Program-made: the position numbers and the translations under genes | Part shown: positions 9,414 to 21,000 of the stretch, piece by piece | Layout: each line of letters opens with the position of its first letter | Position numbering within the stretch: the stretch's first letter is position 1 | The notes under the pieces: generated by a model | What the model saw: the letters and a program-made list of their open reading frames with translations, nothing else | Told to the model about the DNA's origin: nothing | Database searches by the model: none | NCBI GenBank assembly: GCA_023474425.1 | Contig: JAMCXX010000002.1 | Span: forward strand, 68,217-132,216 | Length of the DNA stretch: 64,000 bases | DNA from: Patescibacteria group bacterium | Lineage (GTDB): Bacteria; Patescibacteriota; WWE3; JAMCXX01 | Direction of reading: 5' to 3'

Positions 9414-9456
9414 CGGTGAAAACAACTCAATGCCTGCCGATTGACAAAGGGTCAGT

Positions 9457-9765
9457 TTACATTTTAATTTCGATATCTACCCCCGCCGGCAGATTTAAAT
9501 GGGAAAGTCCTTCGATCGTTTTGGGAGTCGGCTCCAAAATGTCAATCAGGCGGCCGTGATGCTTAATTTCAAAATGCTCACCGGAGCGCTTATCGACAAA
9601 TGAACTTTTAATCATGGCCAGTCCTTGAGTCCGGGTTGGCAGAGGAATGGGACCGGAAACTTTGGCGCCGGTTCTCACCGCGCTCTCAATAATCATCTGG
9701 GCGGCGCGGTCAATTACCCGGCCGTCGTAAGATTTTAAACGTACGCGAATTCTTCCTTTTGGCAT
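9457..9765 (-). CDS. rpsJ: 30S ribosomal protein S10
   Basis: 102 aa with RIRVRLKSYDGRVIDRAAQMIIESAVRTGAKVSGPIPLPT. Confidence 0.96.
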   Translation of the reverse strand: MPKGRIRVRLKSYDGRVIDRAAQMIIESAVRTGAKVSGPIPLPTRTQGLAMIKSSFVDKRSGEHFEIKHHGRLIDILEPTPKTIEGLSHLNLPAGVDIEIKM

Positions 9766-9795
9766 GATTGTGCTTGGGCCGGAATGTAAGAACGA

Positions 9796-10977
9796 CTAGG
9801 CAATAATCTTGGTAACGACGCCGGCGCCGACGGTGTGCCCTCCCTCACGGATAGCGAAGCGCAAACCTTCCTCCACGGCAATCGGAGTAATCAGCTTAAC
9901 CTTAATCTTGGCGTTATCACCAGGCATAACCATCTCTATACCGGAAGCCAAAGTCGCCTCTCCGGTCACGTCGGTAGTTCGAATGTAAAACTGAGGCCGA
10001 TACCCGGAAAAGAACGGCGTGTGCCGCCCGCCCTCGTCTTTGGTCAGTACGTAAACCTCGGCCTCAAACTCGGTATGGGGGTGAACGCTTCCCGGTTTGG
10101 CAATCACCTGACCGCGCTCGATATCATCGCGTTCAATTCCCCTAAGAAGTATGCCCACATTATCACCGGCTTGGCCTTCATCTAAGGTTTTTCTAAACAT
10201 CTCCACTCCGGTGACCACCGATTTCTTAGTTTCCTTAATACCGACAATTTCGATCTCTTCGTTGAGCAAAACTTTGCCGCGCTCAATTCTTCCCGTAGCT
10301 ACCGTACCACGACCCTTAATGGAGAAAACGTCCTCAACCGGCATGAGGAAAGGCTTGTCCAAATCACGAACCGGTGTGGGAATATACTCGTCAACCGCCT
10401 TCATTAACTCCTCGACAGCCGCTACGGCTTCGGGGTCTCCCTCAATCGCTTTAAGGGCGCTACCGCGAATAACCGGCACTTTATCACCGGGAAACTCGTA
10501 CTTGGAAAGGAGCTCGCGTACCTCAACTTCCACCAAATCCAGAAGCTCCTTATCGGCCACCATATCCGTCTTGTTCATAAAAACGACAATGGCGGGAACG
10601 TTGACCTGGCGGGCCAAAAGGATATGTTCTCTGGTTTGGGGCATAGGACCGTCGGGCGCCGAAACCACCAGAATAGCACCATCCATCTGCGCGGCGCCGG
10701 TAATCATATTTTTGATGTAATCGGCGTGCCCGGGGCAGTCAATGTGGGCGTAGTGACGGGTATCGGTTTCGTACTCCACGTGGGCAATATTAATAGTCAC
10801 GCCACGCTCTTTTTCTTCCGGAGCACTGTCAATGGATTCATAGGCCCTAAAAGTTGCCCTACCTTTCTGGGAAAGAACTTTGGTAATAGCCGAAGTCAAA
10901 GTAGTCTTGCCGTGGTCTACGTGTCCTATAGTACCAATATTCAAGTGTGGTTTGGTTCGCTCAAATTTCTCGGTCAT
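9796..10977 (-). CDS. tuf: Elongation factor Tu
   Basis: Contains [18 protein letters not shown] and NKTD. The likely start is [11 protein letters not shown] (ATG 10977); the tracked ORF begins 8 codons upstream. Confidence 0.97.
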   Translation of the reverse strand: MTEKFERTKPHLNIGTIGHVDHGKTTLTSAITKVLSQKGRATFRAYESIDSAPEEKERGVTINIAHVEYETDTRHYAHIDCPGHADYIKNMITGAAQMDGAILVVSAPDGPMPQTREHILLARQVNVPAIVVFMNKTDMVADKELLDLVEVEVRELLSKYEFPGDKVPVIRGSALKAIEGDPEAVAAVEELMKAVDEYIPTPVRDLDKPFLMPVEDVFSIKGRGTVATGRIERGKVLLNEEIEIVGIKETKKSVVTGVEMFRKTLDEGQAGDNVGILLRGIERDDIERGQVIAKPGSVHPHTEFEAEVYVLTKDEGGRHTPFFSGYRPQFYIRTTDVTGEATLASGIEMVMPGDNAKIKVKLITPIAVEEGLRFAIREGGHTVGAGVVTKIIA

Positions 10978-11047
10978 ATGTTCTTTATTTTTTAAATACA
11001 ATACAAGCTTAACAAATTTACAACAACCACGACACTAAAGTCAACAC

Positions 11048-13126
11048 TTATCTTTTTCGGCCGGCAATAATCTGCTCGGTAATGCTTGGCGGTACTTCCT
11101 GGTAGTGGCTTGGCTCCATGGTGAAGTTGCCCCGCCCCTGGGTAAGCGAGCGCAAAATAGTGGAGTAGCCGAACATCTCGGAAAGCGGTACCAAGGCCGT
11201 AATCGAGCGGACATTACCGCGCACTTCACTACCCTCAATCTGACCGCGCTTCGAGGAAATGTTACCCATAATTTCCCCAACGTATTCTTCGGGCACAACC
11301 GTTTCCACTTTCATAATCGGTTCCAAAAGAATAGGTTGGGCGGCCTTAGCTCCTTCGCGCAAAGCGTCGGCGGCGGCAATCTTAAAAGCCAATTCCGAAG
11401 AATCAACTTCGTGGTAAGAACCGTCAAAAAGGGTTACTTTTATATCGATAAGAGGATAGCCGGACACGACACCTTTCTCCATAGCTTCTTTAACTCCCTT
11501 CTCTACCGCCGGGATGTATTCGCCGGGAATGGAACCGCCTTTAATAGCATCCTCAAATTCAAAGCCTGCGCCCCGCTCCAAAGGCTCCAAACGCAGGAGT
11601 ACATGACCGTATTGACCGCGACCGCCGGACTGACGGATATATTTGCCCTCCTGCTCAATCGACTTTTTGATTGTTTCTTTGTAGGCCACCTGGGGAGTGC
11701 CCACACCAGCTTCAACTTTGAATTCCCGCTTAAGCCGGTCAACAATTATTTCCAAATGCAGTTCCCCCATACCCGAAATAATTGTCTGTCCCGTTTCGTG
11801 ATCGGAACGTACCTTAAAGGTCGGGTCCTCGTCGGAAAGTTTATTGAGGGCCATACCTAATTTTTCCTGATCGGCCTTAGTTTTAGGTTCGATAGAAATA
11901 GAAATAACCGGCTCGGGAAAACCGATTGATTCCAAAATCAATGGCCGGCTTTCCTCGGTTAGCGTGTTGCCTGTGGTCGTCGACGATAGACCGACCGCTC
12001 CAACTATGTCGCCGGCCTCGGCTTCGTTTATTTCCTCACGGTCATTGGCATGCATGCGCAAAAGCCGGCTAATCCTCTCTTTAGTACCACTGCTGGTATT
12101 AATTACATAGGAACCGGACTTAAGGACGCCCGAATAAATTCTCAAATAGGTAAGTCTTCCCACAAAAGGATCGGCCTGAACTTTAAAGGCCAGAAGAGAA
12201 AGAGGCTCTGTAGACAAAGGCTTTCTCTCTTCTTCCTCTTTGGTTTTAGGATTAATGCCTTTGACGGGCGGCAAGTCCAGAGGCGAAGGCAAAAAGTCAA
12301 TGATGGCATCGAGCATTTGTTGGATGCCGCGGTTTTTTAGGGCCGTACCAGAGAGCACGGGAACAATTTCAAAATTAATTGTCCGCTGCCTCAAACCGCG
12401 GATAATTTCTTCGTAAGTTAGCTCCGTACCCTCAAAAAATTTCTGCATTAATCCCTCATCGGCTTCGGCACTGGCTTCTACCAGTTGACGACGATACTCC
12501 TTAGCTTTCGGCAACAACTCCTCGGGTATATCTTCCTCAATAACCTTGGTCCCCATCTCATCTTCCCAGGTTATTTTTTTCATTTTCAGAACATCCACCA
12601 AACCCGAAAAATCGGCGGCGTTGCCAATAGGAAAATTAACCACCACCGTCTTGACACCAAGCTTGGTTTTAATGGATTCCAGACTGTAGTCAAAATTGGC
12701 CCCCACCCGATCGAGTTTGTTTATAAAACAGAAACGGGGAACGCGATATTTATCGGCTTGACGCCAGACCGTTTCGGATTGCGACTCCACTCCCTCAACC
12801 CCGTCAAAAACAACCACCCCGCCGTCCAAAACACGCAAAGAACGCTCAACTTCAGCGGTAAAGTCCACATGCCCGGGCGTGTCAATAATATTGATTCGAC
12901 AGTCACGCCAGAAACAGGTAGTGGCGGCTGAAACAATAGTAATCTTTCGCTCCCTCTCCTGATCCATCCAGTTCATTTGAGTTGTGCCTTCGTGGGTTTC
13001 GCCGACCCGATGAATGCGCCCGGTGTAAAAAAGAATTCGTTCGGTGCTCGTTGTTTTGCCCGCCGAAATATGCGCGATAATGCCGATATTACGAATTTTA
13101 TCAATCGAATATTTTTTTGATTCCAT
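11048..13126 (-). CDS. fusA: Elongation factor G
   Basis: 692 aa with [17 protein letters not shown] and NKLD. str operon order. Confidence 0.97.
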   Translation of the reverse strand: MESKKYSIDKIRNIGIIAHISAGKTTSTERILFYTGRIHRVGETHEGTTQMNWMDQERERKITIVSAATTCFWRDCRINIIDTPGHVDFTAEVERSLRVLDGGVVVFDGVEGVESQSETVWRQADKYRVPRFCFINKLDRVGANFDYSLESIKTKLGVKTVVVNFPIGNAADFSGLVDVLKMKKITWEDEMGTKVIEEDIPEELLPKAKEYRRQLVEASAEADEGLMQKFFEGTELTYEEIIRGLRQRTINFEIVPVLSGTALKNRGIQQMLDAIIDFLPSPLDLPPVKGINPKTKEEEERKPLSTEPLSLLAFKVQADPFVGRLTYLRIYSGVLKSGSYVINTSSGTKERISRLLRMHANDREEINEAEAGDIVGAVGLSSTTTGNTLTEESRPLILESIGFPEPVISISIEPKTKADQEKLGMALNKLSDEDPTFKVRSDHETGQTIISGMGELHLEIIVDRLKREFKVEAGVGTPQVAYKETIKKSIEQEGKYIRQSGGRGQYGHVLLRLEPLERGAGFEFEDAIKGGSIPGEYIPAVEKGVKEAMEKGVVSGYPLIDIKVTLFDGSYHEVDSSELAFKIAAADALREGAKAAQPILLEPIMKVETVVPEEYVGEIMGNISSKRGQIEGSEVRGNVRSITALVPLSEMFGYSTILRSLTQGRGNFTMEPSHYQEVPPSITEQIIAGRKR

Positions 13127-13185
13127 ACTTAAGATAAAAATTGAAAATTAATGCGCAAAGGGTTCTCTTCGCACTTTGATATTTT

Positions 13186-13656
13186 TCACCACCTAAAGTG
13201 GGCAAAGGCGCGATTGGCTTCGGCCATCTTGTGCATAGTTTCCCGCTTCTTAACAGCAAAACCCTGGCCTAAAGCAGCCTCTTTAAGTTCCTCCGCCAGA
13301 CGCTTCGACATGGGCATACCTTTGTGGGTTTTGGCACCGGCTAAAAGCCAGCGGATGGCCAGAGACTCGGCTCGGTCATGACGAACCGGCCCGGGTACCT
13401 GATAAGTAGCGCCGCCGATGCGGCGGGCCCGAACTTCCATCTTGGGAGTCACCTGCTCTAAAGCCTTTTTTAAAACCTCGAGGCTCTCTTTTTTATTTTC
13501 GGAAATTAATTCCAAACAGCCGTAAATAATCTCCTGAGCAGCACTTTTCTTGCCGTTTTTCAAAACTTTATTAATAAAACGACTGACAATAACCGAGTGG
13601 TAATGCCCATCCGGTTTGAGTATTTTTTTTCTAATGCTTCTACCTGTTCTAGACAT
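13186..13656 (-). CDS. rpsG: 30S ribosomal protein S7
   Basis: 156 aa with PKMEVRARRIGGATYQVP...ANRAFAHFRW. Confidence 0.96.
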   Translation of the reverse strand: MSRTGRSIRKKILKPDGHYHSVIVSRFINKVLKNGKKSAAQEIIYGCLELISENKKESLEVLKKALEQVTPKMEVRARRIGGATYQVPGPVRHDRAESLAIRWLLAGAKTHKGMPMSKRLAEELKEAALGQGFAVKKRETMHKMAEANRAFAHFRW

Positions 13657-13734
13657 AATCAGTAAAAAGAAAATGTACCACTAACTTCCCGCACTAAATA
13701 ACTCGAACTTAATAGAGTTTATGGAAAGATAACC

Positions 13735-14142
13735 TTATGACCTCTTTGTTCCGTACAAAGACCTTCCCTGCTTGCGGTTAGCTACACCCACAGTGTCAAA
13801 ATGTCCGCGGACAACTGTGTACTTAACTCCGGGCAAATCCTGAATTTTTCCCCCCTTAACCAATACTACTGAATGTTCGGCAAGACTGTGCCCCTCACCC
13901 GGAATGTAGGCAGTTACCTCACGACCGTTGGAAAGTCTCACCCGAGCCACTTTGCGCAAAGCCGAGTTGGGCTTGCGCGGAGTCATGGTCTTAACAATTA
14001 AACAAACGCCCCTTTTAAATGGCGCTTCTCGGTCTTTATAGCGCCTCTTTAAACCAGAATAAACCACAGAAAGAGCTTCGGTTCGGTTCTTCCGTGACTT
14101 CTTTTTTCTTTTTTTCCTAATCAGTTGACTAATAGTCGGCAT
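13735..14142 (-). CDS. rpsL: 30S ribosomal protein S12
   Basis: Start at [10 protein letters not shown] (ATG 14142). Contains [19 protein letters not shown]. Confidence 0.95.
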   Translation of the reverse strand: MPTISQLIRKKRKKKSRKNRTEALSVVYSGLKRRYKDREAPFKRGVCLIVKTMTPRKPNSALRKVARVRLSNGREVTAYIPGEGHSLAEHSVVLVKGGKIQDLPGVKYTVVRGHFDTVGVANRKQGRSLYGTKRS

Positions 14143-14170
14143 ATTATTCGCTACGCACAAATTCAATGTC

Positions 14171-14251
14171 TAGAATCTTATCGAGTTATAATCCGAATCT
14201 TAGCGTATCTTGACGAATGAAATCATTCGATAAGATTCGACAAGATTAGAG
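14171..14251 (+). repeat. Imperfect palindrome built from ATTCGAnnAAG units (rpoC-rpsL spacer)
   Basis: Right arm TCATTCGATAAGATTCGACAAGATTAGAG. The left arm carries the inverted units (GAATCTTATCG, CGAATCTTAGCG, CTTGACGAATGA). The centre is CGAATGA-AA-TCATTCG (14214-14229). Confidence 0.7.
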
Positions 14252-14301
14252 TGGTTAATTCGTTAACATTAGCGACCTCTGGCACTTGGGCCTTTAATTT
14301 T

Positions 14302-17300
14302 TTACTTGATCCTCGCCCGCTCCCCCACAGGAATCAGGCGGCCGATAATGACATTTTCCTTTAATCCCAAAAGTCGGTCAACCTTGCCTGAAACGGAAGC
14401 CTCGGTTAGCTCGCGGGTTGTTTCAATAAACGAGGCCGCGGCCAAAAAGCTTTCGGTCGCCAAAGCGGCTTTGGTAATGCCTAAAAGAATGGCCTCGGCC
14501 GTTGCCGGATCGGCTCCCTTTTCCAACACTTTTTTATTTTCTTCCCTAAATAGAGACTTGCTGGCCACTTCCCCCGGCAAAAATTTCGTGCTGCCGCTCT
14601 CGTCAATCCGAACTCGGGAAAACATCTGGCGGACAATAATTTCGATATGCTTATCGTTTAAGGCAACACCCTGGGAAGAATATACTTTTTGAATCTCGCC
14701 AATAATGTAGGCCGCTGTTTCCATATAACCTCGGCTACGCAAAAGTTGGGGCAAATCCAAGTAGCCTTCACAAAGCTGAGTACCGACTCCCACCAAATCG
14801 CCTTCCTTAACCATAAGGTTTAAGCTTAAATCAATTTCGTAAGTCTTGTCTTCGAAGCCGCTGTCTTTTTCCGATTTGACGGTAATCGCGCGCTTGCTCT
14901 CGAGTTCCTTAATAGAAATGACTCCGGCCGTTTCGCTGATAACTCCTAAAAACTTCGGTGTGCGGGCTTCAAAAACCTCTTCGACCCGCGGCAGACCCTG
15001 AGTCACGTCTTTTGAGGTTACAATGCCGGAAAAGTGCTTGGTTCTCAAAGTCAGCTGGGTTCCCGGTTCGCCAATACTTTGAGCGGCAATAATGCCTACC
15101 GGCACGCCAATGGCCACTTTCTGTTTAGTCGCCAAATCGAGACCGTAGCAGAGAGAGCAGATACCGTATTCGGCTTCGCAGGTAATTGCCGAGCGCACGA
15201 GGACCCTTTCTACTTCGGCCTCTTCAATAAGCTTTAACTCCTCGGCCATAAGGATAGTATTGCGTTTCAGAAGAACCTTCTTGCCGCCTTTGGGTCCAAC
15301 TAAATCGCGGGCCAGAACCCGACCGTAGAGGCGGCCGGAAAAGGTGGTGAGGGTGTGCTCCTCCCCGCGGACAATTTCCAAACCTTCCTCGCTGCCGCAA
15401 TCTTCTTCCCTCACAATTACATCCTGGGCTACATCTACCAGACGACGAGTGAGGTAGCCGGCGTCGGCCGTTTTTAAGGCCGTGTCCACAAGACCCTTGC
15501 GGGCACCTCTGGCTGAAGCGAAATACTCAAAACCGGAAAGTCCTTCCAAATAGTTAGATTTAATCGGCAATTCAACGAGGCGCCCTAAGGGGTCAACAAT
15601 TAAGCCTCGAGCACCGCAAATCTGCTTAACCTGGTCCCAGGTGCCACGGGCTCCGGAAACAACCATGGCTCTCAACGGATTATCGGCTCCCAAAGCGTTG
15701 CGGGAAAGCTCATCGAGCCGGTTGGTGACTTCCGTCCAAACACCTTCCGAAAGTCTTAGTTTTTCACGCTTGGTCACAAGCCCGCGGCGGAAATTTCTGT
15801 CGACATCGGCCACTTTCGCTTCGGCATCGGAAAGAATCTGCTCTTTCTCCACCGGAACGACACAATCAGGTAAACCCATGGAAAGACCGGCCAGGGTGGC
15901 GTAGTGGAATCCCAGGGACTTGAAACTGTCAATTAAACTCACGGCTGCCTCGCGCCCCTCGGACTCCAGAGTCTGCTCAATAAATTTCCTTAAAACGTTA
16001 TTTTCCTTATTTGTTTCCTGGTTAAAAAATCGCAATTTCTCCGGCAAAACGCTGTTAAAGATTACACGGCCGACGGTAGTTTCCACCACTTCCCCCGATT
16101 CCAGCTTAAGCTTAATTAAATCGCGCAAACCAACCCGGCCAAAATAATAGGCAAGTTTGGCTTCCTCAAAATCGGCAAAAATTTTGTCAAAAGTTTTAGC
16201 CTTCTCGCCGACCGAGGTCAGGTAGTAACAGCCAATCAACATCTCACGGTTGGGCAGGGTAATAATGGTTCCCGAAGCCGGAGAAATTAAATTCTTTGTG
16301 GAGAGCATAACCGACTCAGATTCCGTTTTAGCCGTTTGGGAGAGAGGTACATGTACGGCCATCTGGTCCCCGTCAAAGTCCGCGTTAAATCCGCCACAGA
16401 CACAAGGGTGCAGCTGGATGGCGCTACCATCAACCAAAATAGGATAGAAGGCCTGAATACCTAGGCGATGAAGAGTGGGCGCCCGGTTAAGCATGACCGG
16501 GTAACGCTCTACCAAGTTTTCGAGGATATCCCAAATCTCGTTGCCCCGCTCGTCCAAAACAAAACGGGCGCTTTTAAGGTTCGGTGCCAAACCGCGCTTG
16601 AGTATCTCCCCCAAAACGAACGGCTTAAAAAGCTCAAGAGCCATCTCCTTGGGCAAACCGCACTGATCAAGCTTTAGGTGCGGTCCAACCACAATTACGG
16701 AACGTCCGGAATAGTCTACTCTCTTTCCCAAAAGATTTTTGCGGAAACGCCCTTGCTTACCCTTGAGCATATCCGAAAGCGAACGCAGTTCTTGACGGCC
16801 GCGCATAGGCTTGGCCGTAGTCCTCTGCTTGCTACTGTCAATGAGAGAGTCAACGGCTTCCTGGAGCATTCTTTTTTCATTGCGGATAATAATTTCCGGC
16901 GCGCCCAAATCTAGTAGTTTTTTGAGCCGGTTGTTGCGGTTAATAACCCGGCGATAAAGGTCGTTCAAGTCCGAGGTGGCAAAGCGTCCGCCCTCCAGCT
17001 GTACCATGGGACGAAGCTCCGGCGGAATGACAACTAAATGATTAAGTACTGTCCAGGCGGGATTAACTCCCGAAGAGCGGAAACCTTCAACTACCCGAAG
17101 CCTCTTAGCCACCCGCACTCGCCGCTGCCCAAACGAGCGGGATAGGTCTTTTCTAAGCTGTTCCGAAAGCTTAGCCAAATTTAAATTATTTAGAACTTTT
17201 AGGAGAGCTTCCGCGCCCATGGTAAGCGAGGCGAATCTTTCCAGGTAACTGCCCAGGTCAAAGTATTCCGTTTCGGAAATGGTGGAGAGATAAGCAACGC

Positions 17301-18015
17301 TTTTAATGCGGGCAATAAGGTCGCGAAAAACTTTTTCTCTCTCTTCTTCCCCAGCCAAACCCTCTTGCCGCAAATATTCCAACTCTTTCTTTTCTCGAAG
17401 TCCAATTTCCTCAAGAGCAACACCCAACTTCCCTTTATCCGAAATTTCCTTTTTTACACGCTCCCGCTCTTTCTCGTAGCGCCCGGAAATTTCCTGTCCA
17501 CGGGCATGGATTTGGGTACGGATTTCCTCTTTGGCGGCCTCGAGTTCTTTGGCAATTAGTGAAACCGTTTCTGCTTTCCGGTCAGCCGCAACCTCCGTGA
17601 CGAGATAGGACGAAAAATAAATAACCGATTCCAAATCCCGCGGACTAACTTCCAAAAGGATTCCCAGCTGCGAAGGAATACCGCGGAAATACCAAACGTG
17701 GGCCACCGGGCTGGAAAGAGTAATGTGACCTACGCGCTCTCGACGAACACGAGAATGGGTTACCTCCACGCCGCATTTATCGCAGATAACCCCCTTATAA
17801 CGGATACGTTTATACTTGCCGCAGTAACACTCATAATCTTTAGTCGGCCCAAAAATTCGTTCGTCAAAAAGTCCGTCCTTTTCCGGTCGGAAGGTGCGAT
17901 AATTAATCGTTTCGGGCTTGGTCACCTCTCCGTGTGACCAGGACAAGATTTCCTGCGGCGAAGCCAGGGTTATCCGCAACGATTTAAAATCGGAAAGATC
18001 GTTAAGATTCTTCAT
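14302..18015 (-). CDS. rpoC: DNA-directed RNA polymerase subunit beta'
   Basis: 1237 aa with the NADFDGDQM catalytic loop and an N-terminal zinc motif (CYCGKYKRIRYKGVICDKCG). Confidence 0.97.
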   Translation of the reverse strand: MKNLNDLSDFKSLRITLASPQEILSWSHGEVTKPETINYRTFRPEKDGLFDERIFGPTKDYECYCGKYKRIRYKGVICDKCGVEVTHSRVRRERVGHITLSSPVAHVWYFRGIPSQLGILLEVSPRDLESVIYFSSYLVTEVAADRKAETVSLIAKELEAAKEEIRTQIHARGQEISGRYEKERERVKKEISDKGKLGVALEEIGLREKKELEYLRQEGLAGEEEREKVFRDLIARIKSVAYLSTISETEYFDLGSYLERFASLTMGAEALLKVLNNLNLAKLSEQLRKDLSRSFGQRRVRVAKRLRVVEGFRSSGVNPAWTVLNHLVVIPPELRPMVQLEGGRFATSDLNDLYRRVINRNNRLKKLLDLGAPEIIIRNEKRMLQEAVDSLIDSSKQRTTAKPMRGRQELRSLSDMLKGKQGRFRKNLLGKRVDYSGRSVIVVGPHLKLDQCGLPKEMALELFKPFVLGEILKRGLAPNLKSARFVLDERGNEIWDILENLVERYPVMLNRAPTLHRLGIQAFYPILVDGSAIQLHPCVCGGFNADFDGDQMAVHVPLSQTAKTESESVMLSTKNLISPASGTIITLPNREMLIGCYYLTSVGEKAKTFDKIFADFEEAKLAYYFGRVGLRDLIKLKLESGEVVETTVGRVIFNSVLPEKLRFFNQETNKENNVLRKFIEQTLESEGREAAVSLIDSFKSLGFHYATLAGLSMGLPDCVVPVEKEQILSDAEAKVADVDRNFRRGLVTKREKLRLSEGVWTEVTNRLDELSRNALGADNPLRAMVVSGARGTWDQVKQICGARGLIVDPLGRLVELPIKSNYLEGLSGFEYFASARGARKGLVDTALKTADAGYLTRRLVDVAQDVIVREEDCGSEEGLEIVRGEEHTLTTFSGRLYGRVLARDLVGPKGGKKVLLKRNTILMAEELKLIEEAEVERVLVRSAITCEAEYGICSLCYGLDLATKQKVAIGVPVGIIAAQSIGEPGTQLTLRTKHFSGIVTSKDVTQGLPRVEEVFEARTPKFLGVISETAGVISIKELESKRAITVKSEKDSGFEDKTYEIDLSLNLMVKEGDLVGVGTQLCEGYLDLPQLLRSRGYMETAAYIIGEIQKVYSSQGVALNDKHIEIIVRQMFSRVRIDESGSTKFLPGEVASKSLFREENKKVLEKGADPATAEAILLGITKAALATESFLAAASFIETTRELTEASVSGKVDRLLGLKENVIIGRLIPVGERARIK

Positions 18016-21000
18016 TTTTTTCGGAAATTTTATCTAAACTACGCTTCGTTTCCTCGTTGGCTAAAGTTTCCACTTTTAGGCCCAAACCGTTAAGCTCTCT
18101 AATTAAGAGTTTAAACGATTCGGGAATGGTCGCCTCGGGAATTGGCTCGCCTTGAATAATTGCCTGATAGGCTTTGGTTCGGCCAACCAAGTCGTCCGAT
18201 TTAATGGTTAACATCTCCTGCAGGGCGTGGGCTGCACCGTAAGCTTCCAAAGCCCAGACTTCCATTTCGCCGAACCTCTGGCCGCCGAACTGAGCCTTAC
18301 CCCCCAAAGGCTGTTGAGTAATAAGTCCGTAAGGACCGGTGGAACGGGCGTGCATCTTGTCCTCAACCATGTGCATCAGTTTAAGAATATAGGCATTGCC
18401 CAAAACAACCTCCTGGTCAAAAGGCTCCCCCGTGCGTCCGTCAATAAGCTCGGTTTTGCCGTATAGACTGGCTCCGGCTTCTTTGAGTTCTTTTTCAAAT
18501 ATTTCCGGATCATACTTTACGAACTGTTCGACGGCATACTTTTTACCAAGATTTTCGGCGGCCATTCCCAGTCGGGCTTCCAAAAGCTGGCCTACGTTCA
18601 TTCGGGAAACGACTGAAGCCGGAGAAATAATAATATCCACCGCCTCACCGTTGGGTAGATGAGGCATATCTTCAATGGGCAAAATCTTAGAAATGACACC
18701 TTTGTTTCCATGACGGCCAGCCAGTTTATCACCAACTGTAATTTTGCGAATTTTAGCCACAAAAACCTGAATCTCTTTAATTACTCCGGCCGGCAGCTCG
18801 CTGTTTTCCCCTCTTTCCAAAACCTTGACGTTTATAACCGTTCCCGATTCTCCGTGCGGAGCTTTAAGAGAATTATCCCGCACATCTCTGGCCTTCTCGC
18901 CAAAAATAGCCCGCAAGAGTCTCTCTTCGGCCGAAAGCTCCGTCTCCCCCTTGGGGGCAATCTTGCCGACCAGCACATCACCGGGCTTAACATTGGCGCC
19001 AATAATCACTAGACCGTTTTCGTCCAAGTTACGCAACGATTCCTCCGAAACATTGGGAATATCGCGAGTAATCTCTTCAGGGCCGAGCTTGGTTTCCAAA
19101 ACCTGAACTGAATGACGGGTTATCTGAATGGAAGAAAGAATATCCTCCTTTACCAGACGCTCGGAAATAACAATACCGTCCTCATAGCCGTAGCCCTCCC
19201 AAAACATATATGCGATGCGCAGATTAGCGCCAATGGCCAGCTCTCCGCCTTCGGTCGCCGGACCATCGGCCAGAACATCGCCCTTCTTTACTTTCTGACC
19301 GGTGTTCACCAAAACTTTCTGGTTGTAACAGGTTTCTTGGTTAGACATCCAGAATTTTTTGAGCTTGTAAACATCTTCTTTCTTGTTGTCATTGGATTTA
19401 ATCGCCACCAAAGCCGCGTCCGCCCGGCTAACAATGCCGTCGCTTGAGGCAATCAGTAAAACACCGGAGTTGTAAGCTACTTCCGACTCCAACCCCGTAC
19501 CCACAAAAGGAGATTCGGGACGCAGGAGGGGCACCGCCTGGGTTTGTTGATTAGCTCCCATAAGAGAACGGTTCACGTCGTCGTTTTGAAGAAAAGGAAT
19601 AAGGGAAGCAGAAGCGCCCACGATTTGGCGGGGTAAAAGGTCCATATAAGAGGCTGTCGCCGCCGGTCCGACAAAGAACTCTCCCCGGTTTCTTAAAGGC
19701 ACAAGACTTTTGGTAAAGAAGCCTTTTTCATCCAAAGGCGTCGAGGCGTCAGCGATAAAAACGCTATCCTCGTCGTAGGGAGCCAAATAAACAATCTCTT
19801 CGGTCGGGCGCACCGTCTCCTTACCGTCAACCGAAACTTTCTCCAGCTTTCGGTATGGTGTTTCCAAAAACCCGTACTCGTTTACCTGGGCGTAGAGGGC
19901 CAAGTAAGTAATTAGACCGATATTTGGACCCTCGGGTGTACGAACGGCGCAAATGCGGCCGTAATGGCTGTAGTGGGCATCACGAACCGAAAAAGAAGCC
20001 CGCTCACGGGTTAATCCTCCGGGTCCAACTACAGAAAGGCGACGCTGGTGGTCAAGGCCGGAAAGGGGATTAACCTGCTCCTGGAACTGAGAAAGTTGCC
20101 CCGAAGCAAAAAAAGAGTGGACGCGGGCGGTAATGGGCCGACTGGAAACGAGACTTGCCGGCGAACAAAGCTGGCCCCGGGGCTGTAAACTCATACGTTC
20201 TTTAGCTACCCTCTCCAACTGCAAAAAACCAAAACGAATTTGGTTGGCTACGAGTTCCCCCACCGAGCGAATACGGCGGTTGCTTAAATGGTCAATATCG
20301 TCAAATTCACCCTCACCCAAATTGAGGGCAATAAGTTTTTCAAAAATAAGAATGAGATCTTCTTTACCCAAAACGGGGCTGGCGTTTTCTTTAGCTTTCT
20401 CGAGACCTCGCAGCTTTTGGTTGAGTTTAAACCGACCGCTTTTACCCAAACTGTAGCGGCGTCGGTTAAAAAAGAGGTTCTCTACCACCTGCTTGGCGTT
20501 CTCCAAAATTAAAGGGTCGCCTGGCCTTAGGCGTTTAAAAACTTCTAAAACGGCCTCGTTGTAGCTCTTAGTCTGATCCTTCTCTAGAGTTTTCTCTATA
20601 AAGTCCGCCGCTCCGTTCGATTTCTCGGACAAGCCTGCGAAAGCTTCGCGGATCTTTTGGTCGGTTTCCAAACCGAAAATCCGCAGTAAGGTGGTTGCGG
20701 CTAACTTTCTTTTTTTATCAATTTTTACTGAAAAGTAACCGGAACGAGAAGTCTCGAATTCCAGCCAGGCCCCATTTTTGGGTAGAACCTTGGCTCCGGA
20801 CAAAGTAGCCGACGAGAGCGGGTCTTCGACCGGCACAAAGAAAACTCCTTCCGAACGGGTCAGCTGATTGACGACGACCCTCTCAACCCCGTTCATAATA
20901 AAAGTTCCGGCCGGCGAAATCATCGGCATTTCTCCCATGTAGACTTCTTCTTCCAGAAACTTACCGCTGTTTACGTCGGTCAGCCGGGCTTTTAGATACC

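Noticed and set aside
11105-11860. Long plus-strand ORFs antisense to conserved genes: 251 aa opposite fusA, and similarly 10151-10720 opposite tuf, 47262-48029 opposite nusA, 53762-54502 opposite dnaK, 27400-27999 opposite alaS, 45356-45913 opposite infB, and 36108-36995 opposite ftsK.
   Set aside because: Each lies entirely within a strongly supported gene on the other strand. Their translations are low-complexity (R/G/S/F/N-rich) and lack motifs. This is the typical shadow-ORF artefact of codon-biased genes.
18002-18015. 14-nt overlap between the rpoB stop and the rpoC start as a possible recoding site.
   Set aside because: Both ORFs are complete with normal termini. Short overlaps of this kind occur throughout this window (L23/L2, L2/S19, S19/L22, and others) and simply indicate translational coupling.
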